A DNA stretch of 64,000 bases. It comes from Amoebidium appalachense (Eukaryota > Protista > Ichthyosporea). The stretch spans positions 9,003,019-9,067,018 of the forward strand of contig CAVNZM010000003.1 of the NCBI GenBank assembly GCA_963693365.1. The letters run 5' to 3'. Under the pieces are notes generated by a model. That model worked only from the letters and a program-made list of their open reading frames with translations, was not told where the DNA came from and did not search any database. The stretch's first letter is position 1. Each line of letters begins with the position of its first letter. This document shows, piece by piece, positions 40,663 through 53,343 of the stretch. The position numbers and the translations under genes are program-made.

Positions 40663-41628
40663 ATGCCGGAAGGGGTTCGGGCCGAGGCCAGTTTGTTGCT
40701 GGAGGGTTTTCTTAGCGACAAGACCTGGAGAGTCTATCAGTCAGATGTGTATCGATACGTCCCATTTTGTGCCGCCAACCGTCTGCAGCTGTGGCCGACA
40801 TCGTCCGGCACCCTGCTGGCCTATGCTGCCGACCTGTTCAAACAAGGGTACGAACCTCCAAGTCTGGACAGCAAGTTTTCCGCCCTGCGCAAGGTGCATG
40901 ATCTCTTGCGTCTGGCATATGTCGACGCCTCCACCATCGCCATGGTCAAGAAGTCCTATTCGTCCGCCGTGCTCAAAGTTCGGCCCCCGCCAGCGGAGTT
41001 GTCGCGTTTCGACGCTTCCTGGTTCACCGGCTTGTTGCAGCGGGGGCACACGTCAGGCGACGGTGCCCGGTGGTTGGGGGCCGTGGCTGCCAGCTACCTG
41101 TTTGGCCTTCGGTGGGGTTCAGTGTCTACGCTCCGCGGCGAAGATGTTGTTGTCGGCCCGGTCAGTGCCGAGGGTCTTGCCCGTGTCACCCTCTCCTTTC
41201 AGGCTATCAAGCAGGCAGGGGGGAAAGTTCTCCGTCCCCCCGTACGGCATCGAGTCGTTCCGGCGGTGTGCGCGTCGGCGTTCCACCACATGCTGGCAGC
41301 TCTACCCTCCCGTACTGCGCTGCTCGTGCCCAAAGCGTCACCCAAGGTGGGAAACGATTGGCTGCGCGCCGAGTTGCGCCATGTGGGGGTGCTCGCCACC
41401 GAGGCTGCAGGCGTCACGTGGCACTGCCTGCGCCATGGCCTGGTGGGCGCCTGCCGTGCCCTGCTTGTGGACGAGGTGTTTGTGTCGTGGCTGGGTGTGT
41501 GGCAGCTTGGCAGCCGCACCCCCGTGTCCCACTACGGCCTCGGCCACATCCCTACGGCCGACCACTGGCTCTACTTCGGAATGTTGCAGGGTGCCCGGCC
41601 GCCCGCGTCCGCAGGTGAATTGGCTTAG
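40663..41628 (+). CDS. Tyrosine recombinase, DIRS/PAT-like, intact
   Basis: Open frame of 321 aa from the first ATG (open from 40615); catalytic set FGLRWG (R), AIKQ (K), WHCLRHG (HxxR), LGVW (W), SHYG (Y); N-terminal core-binding region KTWRVYQSDVYRYVPFC. Confidence 0.9.
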   Translation: MPEGVRAEASLLLEGFLSDKTWRVYQSDVYRYVPFCAANRLQLWPTSSGTLLAYAADLFKQGYEPPSLDSKFSALRKVHDLLRLAYVDASTIAMVKKSYSSAVLKVRPPPAELSRFDASWFTGLLQRGHTSGDGARWLGAVAASYLFGLRWGSVSTLRGEDVVVGPVSAEGLARVTLSFQAIKQAGGKVLRPPVRHRVVPAVCASAFHHMLAALPSRTALLVPKASPKVGNDWLRAELRHVGVLATEAAGVTWHCLRHGLVGACRALLVDEVFVSWLGVWQLGSRTPVSHYGLGHIPTADHWLYFGMLQGARPPASAGELA

Positions 41629-42502
41629 CAATGTTGGGTTATGTAAGCTTGTAGTTGGCAGAATTATGGACATAGCTAGCAACCTAAGTTGAAAATCGTT
41701 GATTTGGGAAATCCAGATTCTATGAAAACCACTCCGGGACGTGTGTTGCCTCTAGGGGGACATCCCCTTAGACGAAAGTGAACCTCATCAGCAAACTTCT
41801 CCGTTGCAGGCTGCAATGGTTGTAAACCACGGCAAGCCCCCAGTCATCAATTTATTGATCCGTGAGGTCCTTGTGCCCAAAAAACGGGGGAAGTCTCGCC
41901 CCGTGAAAAAACAGCACGTATGTGTGGATCAATGGGGGTTGAGTGTTGGGTGTAGGTGGGTGGGTGAAAAGAAAATATAGCTGTAAAGCTGTAGGTGCTA
42001 AACACAGAAGATGTGTCTGTTGCTTGCTGATCTGCTAAAAAAACTGTCGTGCTTATATACCTAAGGCTCCCGATCTGAGCCAATCAAAATCGATCTAGTG
42101 TTATGTAAAAATCTGATCCTGAGCCAATCACACTCGGTCTAGTGATCTGTGGAATCTGATGTTTTTGATCGGCTAGTAGGTGCCCGTATGCGGGCAGCCG
42201 AACGCGAGCTGCTAAAACACGAAACGAAGCCTACATAGTTAAGTTAATATCCGATTCGGACACCCATCCTACGTGTTTACCCGGAAAAATATTTATGTCA
42301 ATAAAACTCCACAAATAAAACCTCTATGAAAACCACTCCGGGACGTGTGTTGCCTCTAGGGGGACATCCCCTTGGACGAAAGTGAACCTGCGATGGTTGT
42401 AAACCACGGCACGAGAGCAGTATGCTTGCTCCAAAGGTTTCACTTAAGAATAGAGGCGTGTTGTAGTGGCAGCAATGGAGGCCGGGCGAAGTCGGGTATA
42501 GA

Positions 42503-44161
42503 TCAGGAAACAGTCGGACCCGAGGACCATCTACCGAGTTGTTTGATCCGGGAGTCGTCGACCCCGGCCTCAGCCAGGGCTGTGGCCCCCCCTATGCAGA
42601 GGCTGTGGCCGGCAAACCGGGAGGGTGAGAGGCCTGCCCGGGAGAGGAGGGCCCAGAGGGCCACGGCAGCTGCGATGGCCAGGAGTTCGATGACGGAAGA
42701 ACCGAGTTTACCCTCATGAGCATAGAGGGCTTGGGTGGAGGGGGACCAGGGCATGAAAAACCATTGGTCGAGCCAGTGGCCCCCTAGACCCACTGATCCG
42801 GCAGCATCGGTGGCCAGGATGGAGTATTTGGGGGGTGTGATGAGGTGCACCCCATTCCATGATGTGAGGAACCGGTGCCACTCGGCTATGTCGGCCCGGG
42901 CGGCAGCGGTCAGCCGTATGTGGTGGTGGCCGGAAAGGTGTGGGTGGGTCCGGAGAAGGGCCCATAGGCGCTGGAAGAAGGCCCTCCCGGGGGGAACCAG
43001 CTGGGCACACCAGGTGAGTTTGCCGAGGAGGGATTGCAGGTCCCGAATGGTGATGGTGGGTGTTGGGTGGGAAGTGAGGTCGAGTAGGTCCCAGAGCTTG
43101 GAAGCAGGGATCCGTGCCTCCATGGCGATGGAGTCGAACTCGATACCGATGAAGACGATACGGGTAGCCGGACCCTGCATCTTGTCTTCGGAGATTGCAA
43201 TGTGCAGCTCTCGGCAGAGTTGCCGGAAGGTGGATAGGTGACGTTGGCACTGCTCTTGGGTGGGGGCGACTATAATCCAGTCGTCTACGTACTGACGGAT
43301 GAGGGTGACACCGTGCTGGTGTGCTAGCCACGGGAGGGTGGCCGCGATCCGTTCCCAGATGGCTGGGCTAGATTTCAGGCCGAAGGGCAGGCGGGTGTCA
43401 ACGTAAAAATGCCCCTGCCATTTGAATGCCATTAAGTGATGATCTGCTGGTCGGATGGGCATGTGCCGGAAGGCAGCCTGCACGTCTGCCACGGCCATGT
43501 AGCAGCCGGGGCCTGCGTCGAGAATGAGCTGGGTGACATCCCGGGCGCGAATGTACTGAAGTTCGTCGGGGTAGGTGATGCTGTCATTGAAACTGCTGCC
43601 CCGGGGCCAGGAGAGGTGGTGGATTCGGCGGTACTTGGGGGGGTTCCCTTTTTTAGTAACGGCGCCGATGGGGGAGGAACGGTGGACGGGAAATTCGTCA
43701 AAGAATTGGGCTGGGGAGAGGGGACCGCGCAGGTGGCCGAGGGCGACTTCTTTGGCAATATCCGCCGCGATGGCGGTAGCTGCCTCCGGGGTGGTGGGGA
43801 GGTTGGGGCCCACCTGAGAGGTGGAGGGGCCGCGATAGCCGATGTCGACACCGAACTCGACATCGTGGATGAGCTGCGCGGCGAATGATTGGTCTGGGTA
43901 GGAGGCCAGCAGCTCCCGGAGGCGGGAGTTGTCAATGTGGTGTTGGGGCAGCGGGCGGGCCTCCGGGTCTGAGCCTCGGGGGAACGGGTGGTTAGCAAGG
44001 GTGGGGCACCCTCGGGGAAATCCCGGCAGCGGGGGGGGGGGGGGGGGGGGGGGGGGGGAGGGGGGGCAGCAGGGCCCCTGGGGGTTAGAGTAGGGCAGCT
44101 GGGCCCGAGGGAGGGTTTGCAGGGAGGGCAGCAGGGCCCTGTGCAGGGGATGCCCGAGCAC
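42503..44161 (-). pseudogene. Ngaro RT plus half RNase H fused in frame to the YR C-terminus by deletion
   Basis: YVDDW RT core; ...AAAVALWA|LLSRAGLSPSRFAGHSLCIGGATALAEAG...QLGRWSS (HxxR Arg changed to Cys). Confidence 0.92.
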
Positions 44162-44451
44162 GCGGGGGTGTGGGCGGACACAGCGGTAGAAGAAGGGGGG
44201 GGGAGGGAGTGCTAGGTGAGTGTAGGGGGGGGAGGCTCGTGGGATGGGGGGGAGTAAAATTATGTGCAGTGGCCAGAATAACGTCTTTGTTTAGGGACAT
44301 TTATTCTTGGCGCGCGCGGGCGCCGTAGGTGGCCTGCGAAATTTTGTACTCAGCCCGATTGACCCGTTCTCCCGAGCTCCGTTTCCTTGTACCCGTGTGT
44401 CCTAGCTCCTAGCCCCTATGTTCTAGCTGTGTGTGTGGGTGTGCGCGTAGA

Positions 44452-45632
44452 CTAGGCATTGTGCTTGCAGTCTTTGCGGGGGTGTGTGCCAGAGCAGAGC
44501 GGGCACACGTGGGAGAAGGGGCAGGGCTGCTTAGCGCAGGACCGACCGTTAATGTGGAAATTCCTGCAGTGCGTCGCGGGTAGATCCACGGGTCGGGCCG
44601 GTTTTGCCGGGCCGGGTTGCGGGCCAGGGCGGTTGGGGGTTTCTGCCCCACCGGGCTTGTGGGTCGGCTTGAAGCCGTCAAGACCACAGCCGGGCTTGGG
44701 GTACATGGGGCAGGCCGCGCTGGGGTGGTCGGGGAAGCCACAGCGCTGACATGCGTCCGGGATGAGCAGGGTGGGTGGCAGGAGGAGATCCTGGTGGAGT
44801 TGGGCGAGCAGGTTCAAGTTGGGACACTCGATCGGGGCCCGACCCTGCTGGTGGCAACGGTACGGGCGTATACGTCATAGTTGTGGATCTGGGCCCACGG
44901 GTATTGGGTGCTGAGGCGAGTGATGTGCTGAGTCCAAAGTACGTCTTTGTCCGTGGGGAGGCCGAGGTGGTGCTTGGCGGCCATGTAATGGGTCCAAGCT
45001 TGGATCCAAATGACGAGTGAACGCAGGGGAACGGGTTTGTCTTGGCGAAAAGTCTCGATGCTGCCGTTGTCGGCCATGCGCAGCTGCTGACCTTTCTTGG
45101 ATGGGGCCAGGACTCGGAGGGCGGCGGGGGTGAATTTATACAGGTCGGCGAAACGATTGGCGCGCAGATCTGCCAGCACATCCGCGGGGGGAAGCGGGAG
45201 TGTGCCCGGCTGAATGTCGCCAGTGTTCTCACCTGTAATGGGGGGTGCGGGCAGGGCAGGTAGGTCCAGGTCAGGGCCGAGATGCAGCCCCGGGGAAACC
45301 TCCCCGGGTGAGGGCGCGGCGGGGGACGCGGGAGGGTCGCGGCTGGTGAGAGCGGCCAGGACGCCAGCCATCTGGGTGCTGATGGCGGTGAGGGCGGCAA
45401 GGACGGCGTCTTGAGAAGTTCGGCGGGGACGGTGGGGCCTGAGGAGGGACTTCAGGAGTAGAGGGGAGAGTAGCCGGAGGGTCCGTGGTGGTATGGGCCG
45501 CTGGAGGCGCATCCGACGTGAGTCAGTGCCCGCGGGGGCGTTGGTCAGCCTGTGGCGGAGGTCGCTGCGGGTCAGGCGTTTAGGTGCCGCGGCAGGGGCG
45601 GCGGCTGAGGCCTGGCGCTTTTTCGGCGGCAT
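44452..45632 (-). pseudogene. Ngaro gag-like ORF, copy 2 (frameshifted)
   Basis: MPPKKRQ start; homologous to 36527-37695. Confidence 0.85.
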
Positions 45633-46212
45633 GCTGACCGGCGTAGGGAAAGATAGGGAGAAGGAAAAGAAAATATAGCTGTAAAGCTGTAGGTGCTAAA
45701 CACAGAAGATGTGTCTGTTGCTTGCTGATCTGCTAAAAAAACTGTCGTGCTTATATACCTAAGGCTCCCGATCTGAGCCAATCAAAATCGATCTAGTGTT
45801 ATGTAAAAATCTGATCCTGAGCCAATCACACTCGGTCTAGTGATCTGTGGAATCTGATGTTTTTGATCGGCTAATAGGTGCCCGTATGCGGGCAGCCGAA
45901 CGCGAGCTGCTAAAACACGAAACGAAGCCTACATGGTTATGTTGATATCGGACACCCATCCTACGTGTTTACCCAGAAAAATATTTATGTCAATAAAACT
46001 CCACAAATAAAACCTTTCTAAACTTAGTAGTACCATATTGGGAGATCGAAGTGATCACCCAAAATTATGTAGCAGCTTTTTAGGGTACTATAAAAAGCGG
46101 GTGATGGTGTCCCCCGTCGCTGCTCTCTCTAGCCCACCCTCCCGCCCGCGCTTTTTAGTCCCCCGTCTAGCTTCTTTGGGTTAGTGTACCTCTTAGGGGC
46201 AAGGTTAGGTGT

Positions 46213-46245
<33 letters not shown>

Positions 46246-46429
46246 GGCACGTAGCCAGTGTGGATACGTGTGTATACAGCCCAGACTTAGTCCATACAAG
46301 TTGATCGATCTGCGACCATAGGCATGTGTAACCGTATGTATTGATATAGTAGTGGGGGTCCCGGGGACCAGATTGTTGTGAGCCACAAGAGAGCAATAAA
46401 ACCGACAGAAGTAACCTAAGTTGAAAATC

Positions 46430-46868
46430 AGTTGGGAACATGCCTGGACTCGAAATTCGAATCCATGAGTGCCGAGATTCTCAAGATTAATCGGATCCCA
46501 TACTGTAAATGCAATCTGCGCTGCCGCTATGATGCACGACCAAGTTTACATTGGCGACCGCGGCAGGACCCAAGGGGCCTGTTGGTTGGAGGGCCACGCA
46601 TGTAAAACCTTGGGTGGAGCCGTTCGCGGGCTGCTACGGCCTTTTCGCAGGGAGGCGTAGCGCGCGATTCCCCAACGGGGGGGGGAGATGTAAACATGGT
46701 TGTGTATATTGTCGGACAGACTACTACGGGAGGCGAGCCCTGTAGTTAGCCGGCGCCAGATCCAATCAGTTGCGAACATGCCTGGACTCGAATCGATGAG
46801 TGCCGAGGCAGATTCCATACTGTAAATGCAATCTGCGCTGCCGCTATGACACACAACCAAGTTTACAC
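46430..46868. repeat. Diverged tandem unit of about 340 bp that hosts the YR-only element
   Basis: agttg.gaacatgcctggactcgaa...catactgtaaatgcaatctgcgctgccgctatga at 46430 and 46768; gtaaacatggttg.gtatattgtcggacagacta at 40259 and 46690. Confidence 0.8.
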
Positions 46869-46880
46869 ACCCCCTCGGGG

Positions 46881-46947
<67 letters not shown>

Positions 46948-48553
46948 CCCTCTCTCTCCCCCCCCCCCCCCCCCCCCCCTCTCCCTCTCCCCCTCTCTCT
47001 CTCTCTCTCTCTCTCACTCTCACTTTCTCTCTCTCTCTTTCGCTGCTGGCTCCCCCCCCCCCCGCCCCCCGGCCTCCCCTCAACCCCCCCCCCCCCCGGG
47101 CCCCCTCGCCCTTCTCTCGAGCTCTCTGTCGACACCAACCCCCCCCCCCCCCCTCCCCCTTTCCCCCTCTTTCTCTCCTCCCCCCACCCGCCCTCCCTCC
47201 GCCCCCATCGCCCCTTCGCCCTCTTTAAAATTTCTCCCTAAGTAATTCATTTTAAGGCCTCCCAGTCTTGCCCATCCCTCTAGCTCTCTCCTGCATACAT
47301 ATGTACCAACTTGCCGTCGATCCCATTCTCGTGTCATCCCCAACACCACCGCCACAACTACCTCCCCCCGAAATTAATTTCAACACCCCATGGTCTAAAG
47401 AGTGGAAACATCGTTGAAAGTAAACCATCGCAATACCAACATCATTGGGGCCGGTAGGCTCCTTTCTACTCCTCGGAGATCAATCAACGGAGAAGTGAGC
47501 ATTAGCGAAGCTTCGCAGTAGGTAGATAGGTCTACCTAATAGTACCTACTACCTAGGCTGTGTGTGGGAATCGAATGCATATGGGCCAAAAACCATCTAT
47601 TTCCAAAAAAAAATTCCATTGGGCCAAGGGTTTTACGGCATTCCGTTCTGCATTCCAGGGTTAAAATCGTTATTATGTCATATCCTTATGTACATATATA
47701 CCTATGTACTGCGTTTTTAGGAGACTGGCTATATTTTGTCATGACTGTTTTGCATTCAATAATACTTCTAATGTTTTTTTTTTTATATAAATAGCCTGCC
47801 TTTTACTCGTCAATCAAGCTTACAATTTTTTTACCGCTTAGCTTGAGGGGCGGGCCCGCTAAATTTAAAATGGGGGATTTGGAATGCCGAATGCAAAGTC
47901 ATTATTGCATATTTAGCCCATACCTGAAACATAATGTCTATACATGTACCTGTGGTTGTGTGTGTGGTTATTGTGGACGAATTCATCCCATGTCTTTAAA
48001 AATCGAAGTAAAAGCTCCGGAAGTGGGCGTGTTTGTCTCACAAAATTCACCGTCGCAGACAAACCGTTAATAGCAAGACTAATAGCAGGGTTTGCGTTAC
48101 GAATCGTATCGACCCAAAATACGGTTTAGAAAACCCCGCAATACGATTAAAAGGGGGCATCCAATTAGTAATACGACCCTGAAGTGCTCGGAATTTGCCT
48201 AAACACGATTACTAACGCCAAACCCAGGCAACCCCTGACTAATAGTGAGGAATGCAATAGCATTCCGAATGAATTCTACCGCGAATAGGCTGCCGTTGTG
48301 TTTTTTTAATCTTGGGGCCTAGTACACCTCGCTTCTCCCATATGCATGGCCTATGACCTCGGACAGCCCCTACATTTAAACATATAGTTCTTCGGCCTCT
48401 TTCAGTTTGTAAACACAACCACAACAACATAACGATTCAAAGCAAATAAGCATCACCACACACCAACTTGCAAAAAACATCAAATATTCCCTATACAACA
48501 ACAATTGTGGTACATTAGGCAGGCTCGGCGTGTATGCGCCGTAAACCTTCAAA

Positions 48554-49459
48554 ATGCATGTACTCTCTCTAATAACGCTCTCTGTAATCTCCACCTGCAA
48601 CAGTTTGTCATTGCCAGGAAAGCCAGGAGGACGCCCCGGGATTTCACGCCAGAACCCCATCACAGTGAACATAACTGCCCCAAACGCACAAGACATCATC
48701 ACATCTATCGTGGGAGGGTCAACTATAGGAGCAAAACCGTGGATGATCTCTCTTGGCTATGTTAATGGAAACACGTACAACCACTATTGCGGTGGTACTT
48801 TAATATCTGCAAACTACGTTTTGACCGCTGCACATTGTGTTTATGAAACTTCGGCAGTCGGCGACACGATATACATAGGAGGCGCAGACTTGAGAAAGCT
48901 GTCAACCTTCCGAAAATTTAAGGTCGCATCGCAGAGGATTCACCCTCAGTACATCTTCGACACCAACTCGAATGACATTGCCATTTTGAAGTTGGACAAG
49001 CCATACAATGGGGCAACATTCATAACACTAAACCAAGACTACAAAAACGAGGCTGCTGGTAAAACATCAACCGTTATGGGATGGGGTGTGATGACTTCAG
49101 CCGAAGGAGCACCGGTGAGCAACCTTCTTCGTCAAGTGTCCCTTCCCCTCGTCAGCACGGTTAAATGCAATTCAGTGTACGACAACCTAAACTACCCCTA
49201 CCCTATCATCGCAAAATACCACCTGTGTGCAGGCGGGAAGGCAAATAAGGACTCGTGTCAGGGGGACAGCGGCGGACCCCTGCTTGTGACCTCGGGAAGC
49301 TCTGTCATTCAGGTTGGTGTGGTTAGTTTCGGTGAAGGTTGTGGGAATGCGGGCATACCGGGGGTGTATGCGAGAATGTCCAGCTATGTATCCTGGATCA
49401 AGAGCCTGGGGATTCCTGTGAAGACGACGGTGCTTGCTACTACCACGAATTTGTCTTGA
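48554..49459 (+). CDS. Secreted trypsin-like serine protease (peptidase S1A)
   Basis: Hydrophobic N-terminus, IVGG mature start, HYCGGTLI, LTAAHC (His), NDIAIL (Asp), KDSCQGDSGGPL (Ser; Asp189), VVSFGEGC, PGVYAR; intronless, 301 aa. Confidence 0.97.
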   Translation: MHVLSLITLSVISTCNSLSLPGKPGGRPGISRQNPITVNITAPNAQDIITSIVGGSTIGAKPWMISLGYVNGNTYNHYCGGTLISANYVLTAAHCVYETSAVGDTIYIGGADLRKLSTFRKFKVASQRIHPQYIFDTNSNDIAILKLDKPYNGATFITLNQDYKNEAAGKTSTVMGWGVMTSAEGAPVSNLLRQVSLPLVSTVKCNSVYDNLNYPYPIIAKYHLCAGGKANKDSCQGDSGGPLLVTSGSSVIQVGVVSFGEGCGNAGIPGVYARMSSYVSWIKSLGIPVKTTVLATTTNLS

Positions 49460-49951
49460 TCGGTATGTGGGGTGATGTGGTGTGTTGAGTGGTTTGAGTA
49501 GTAATTTAGCAATAATATTAGCCTTGTTGATTTTTACAGATAATATAGTCTAACTAACCAAGACCTAAATTGTAGATTTTCTTCCGGATAGGTTTTCTTC
49601 CGGAACCGTCGCATTTTAGTTTTTGATTTAGTACTGCACGCGTCATGATGATAGTTTTGATTTGGAACACTGAATTCGAAAAGTTAAAATAATTGTTCCA
49701 GTTAAATCTGAGAGCAAATAAAAGTTAATCGTTTGCTGAGACTCCACACCGCGGCCTTTCAGGTGGTTGCCGTATCAGCCCTCACCTCCCCCCCCTCCCC
49801 AAACACACACACACACGTGAGACACACATTAATGAGCCCATTTAGGCAAACTCCGGCCTTTTACGATATTTAAAAATCAGAAACCACACGGGGGGAGGAA
49901 GGGGGGTCAATAGGTAAATCTTTTTTTCTGTGTTTTCCTTTGTTCTTTTTT

Positions 49952-49991
<40 letters not shown>

Positions 49992-50278
49992 GGGGGGGGG
50001 GGGGGGTCAGTACCCTCCGCTGGGGTCAGTACCCTCCGCTGGGGATTGACTCACCTCGGCCGACCTAGCAAAAGAGGGGTGGGGGGCAACACAGGTAAAT
50101 TGAATGAACTGGTGAGGCGGTGAATGATTCCATGGGGTAGAGAGATCATGGGCCAACTCGAGAGCAGTAGAAATGATTGGGGGGGGGGGGGGGGGGGGGG
50201 GCACACACATGATGCAGACACACAAGAAAAAGACATGCACATGCAGGTACACACGTACATGCACTCTAAAACACACAT

Positions 50279-50341
<63 letters not shown>

Positions 50342-50489
50342 TGCACGCACGGCAGGCCTCGTGGCACACACACACATACTCATGCACACCCACATTCATG
50401 CCTAGGGGCACATACACACCTGATGATGCGCAGACATACATCTCGTGTGCACCGTTAATGTTGCATTTATGATGGTACATGCAGAGCCT

Positions 50490-50579
<90 letters not shown>

Positions 50580-51158
50580 GACAGACAGAGAGACAATCAT
50601 AAATACATAATAATACTTGGTTCGACGTTCTCTCAAAGTTTGACTGCCCGTGACCCAAAAACTTTAAGAAAACGCTCCATAGAATTCGAACCGGTGGTTG
50701 GTAGGCTAACTGCTACTGTAGTATTAGCTAATAGACGATACACACACACACATACTATGATACACACATACACGTGTACACACGTGCACACACACACCGT
50801 GATAAACCATGGCACACAGACACACACACAAATGCACATCATGCAGTGTGCGCAGCCTGAAAATCGACTTCGCCAGCTGCAGGCTGCAGCTGACTCGTCA
50901 GAGTTTCACAAGAGCGTCATGTATCAATATCCTATTGGTCAGTAAGCACTAATTACTAGCTCGAGTTCGGATCCTAGCAATTAGCAAAGGGGATCATCTG
51001 GTATGCCATCCAAAGTCCAGGAGGACTGCTTATGTACAGGGACATGCAGTGTTTTTCTTTCATGATAGGTTTTGTGCATACTGAAGCATTCTGCTTGTTT
51101 GCAAAGTTCTTGAGAACGATTGTCTCTCTCAGTCCCACAATATGACCTCATTGCCGCA

Positions 51159-51708
51159 GTATTTCTTTTCTACTAATATATGTTAGGTAGATTTGTGTTA
51201 CTTAATATGTGTTGATTGGACGGTAACACACTTAGGCTACACTTAGGTTGACATGTGTGATCAGACTTCATTAATTTACTTTAGTTTCCATGTGTTGCCG
51301 AGTTTTAACCAATCATCAAGGATAAGTGTGGTATGTCTGAGTCTTTGCAGTGTATCATAGGTTAGAACTTCCTTGATAATGACACGAGTTGATCTTAACT
51401 AGTGTCTGTACCCTATCGTGTACGTATCCGCGTATCAGATCTCTCTGAAAGCAATTGGTTCTTAGTGATTGGTTTCTGTTAGAGACAGATCTGATTTCCG
51501 ACTGGTCGGAAATCATGTATGGATTAGACTTAAGGGAATTTCAGGTATTTATTCGAGATCAAAATAAATTGAGTTCAGTCGTGTCTAAACATTGATGTCT
51601 GTTGTGTACACTGCTCCGATCGTTCCGTGTTTTGTTGTGTGTTTGTGGTGTTTTCACACTGCACCACTGTGTCTCTGCTTCCATCCCAAATACTTATATA
51701 ATTTTACA
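51159..51708 (+). mobile_element. Truncated, diverged Copia-A LTR (opposite orientation to the other copies)
   Basis: Reverse complement of about 6071-6625; ends ...aattttaca. Confidence 0.9.
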
Positions 51709-52873
51709 GATCAAGATGCCTCCCAACGAAAGTCTACTACTCCTCATCGTTTCTCTTCATCAGTGGGGACTCAGTCCTCCATCGTCAAGTGTGTGCATCT
51801 TCAGTGGGGATTATTCTCCACCATCCGTTGTTTATTTATTTATATTCATATCCCACCATATATATTGGTTTTCTTCTATATTCGACTTATGTATATGTCG
51901 AACTGGGATGGCGTCCCAGTATAAATAAATATCTATAGCCATGGCGAGCTGGTTGACTGCCAGTCTAAACCTAGTCCACAGGATGAACCTTCCCCGTGTC
52001 TTAACTGGTTGACTACCAGTCTATAAATCAGTCCACAAGATGTTTATGCCTTGTGTTTACCTGGGTGGTCCCCAGTATAAAACATTAGCCACCAACACGT
52101 CACACATACACTAGTGTTTTCTTATATATATATATTTCGACGTTAGCCACCATGACTTCATTCATGTTCCGAGTCTTCTGAGGCAACTGTCGTTGTGCCT
52201 CTCTTCCGTTTTGGGTTTCTGCTTCCCACCTCAAGGATCTTGGGTTTGCATCCTCGAGTGGGGAGACTTGCTAGACTGGCTAGCTACATTCGTTGTCTTT
52301 GTTTTATTTCAAAGAGGTTTCGTTTTAGTTTACAATAAGATGATTCGCCAATAGTCGCGAGCGAGTACATCTATAGATCGTGTTGTGCATTCCTGTCTAT
52401 TAATATACGTGTTATGATTGAACAATAGATATATATGGATTCCGAATTCGTTTATTGTAATGTGTCTTCACTTTGAGAGTGTCGACTATTAGGAAATATA
52501 TATAGTTAAATGAGTTTCTTTGTAGAGACGCGTATAAATATATATGTGTATTAATAGTGACTAGATGTATAATTACTTAATTTATATAAGTAAGAGTTTC
52601 TAAACTTTAGTTAGGTCGGAAGTTGGAATGTGTATGCTCTGTCGGAATGTGTTTTTCTATCATCTGATAGAACCGATTGGTTCTCCCCCTTTAGTTATGA
52701 TAAGATGATAAGTCGCAAGTACAAAAAGAACCGAGAGCACAATAAAGGATCAGTTGTTGTTTGAAATCTTTCAATGTGTCGTGAACAACTCCGATTGCCC
52801 TCTCTTTATTGTGTTAGTCGTGTTTTACATGACACCTCTGTGCACTCTGCTCCCTTAGACCCGTACAAAACAA

Positions 52874-52875
<2 letters not shown>
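51709..52875 (+). mobile_element. Diverged Copia-B 3' UTR plus partial LTR
   Basis: Matches about 31097-31655, then jumps into LTR-B and runs to its end aaaacaaca. Confidence 0.9.
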
Positions 52876-52963
<88 letters not shown>

Positions 52964-53343
52964 ATGTATGTGTGCATGTGTGGGTGTGTCTCAGTGTGTG
53001 TGTGTGCCGTAGCCAATCAGCAAGAGACTAGCTAAAGACGGGGAAATGCAACACAGCTCGGGCGGGTGGGTGGGGCTAAGTAGGGGCCGACGGGGAAACA
53101 AAGCTAAGACGAGTAGAACGAGTCGCCACCTATATACCATAGGCGGCTCCCTAGTGGCCACTGATTGTTGGAACACTGTTCCAACCAATCAGTTGGCCTA
53201 AATACATCTCTAAATAGAGCTTGATGAATCAAGCGAAGTATTTAGATATGTTGTTGCTATCTGCGACCGCACTCGTATTCTACAGAAATAATACACAAAG
53301 CTGGATGGCAGGAGCGGCGCGGCGAGTGATTCTCATCCAATCA

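Larger units (their letters stand above)
41720..46015 (-). mobile_element. Ngaro-type YR retrotransposon, copy 2 (complete termini, internal deletion)
   Basis: A1 45664-46014, B1 42324-42410, A2 41966-42322, B2 41720-41832; inserted into the A2 repeat of the YR-only element. Confidence 0.95.
40426..46429 (+). mobile_element. YR-only split-direct-repeat element (A1-YR-B1-A2-B2), about 1.7 kb without the nested Ngaro
   Basis: A1 40426-40586; B1 aacctaagttgaaaatc 41681-41697; A2 41698-41719 plus 46016-46133; B2 46413-46429; AATC crossover core; empty paralogous site at 46755-46790. Confidence 0.88.

Noticed and set aside
47556-48370. TA-flanked MITE upstream of the trypsin (ggctgt...atgcatatggg / cccatatgcat...acagcc)
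   Set aside because: Inverted match too short and gapped to support a call without other copies.
50930-51158. Possible exon (short open frames on the - strand)
   Set aside because: No recognisable motif or splice context.
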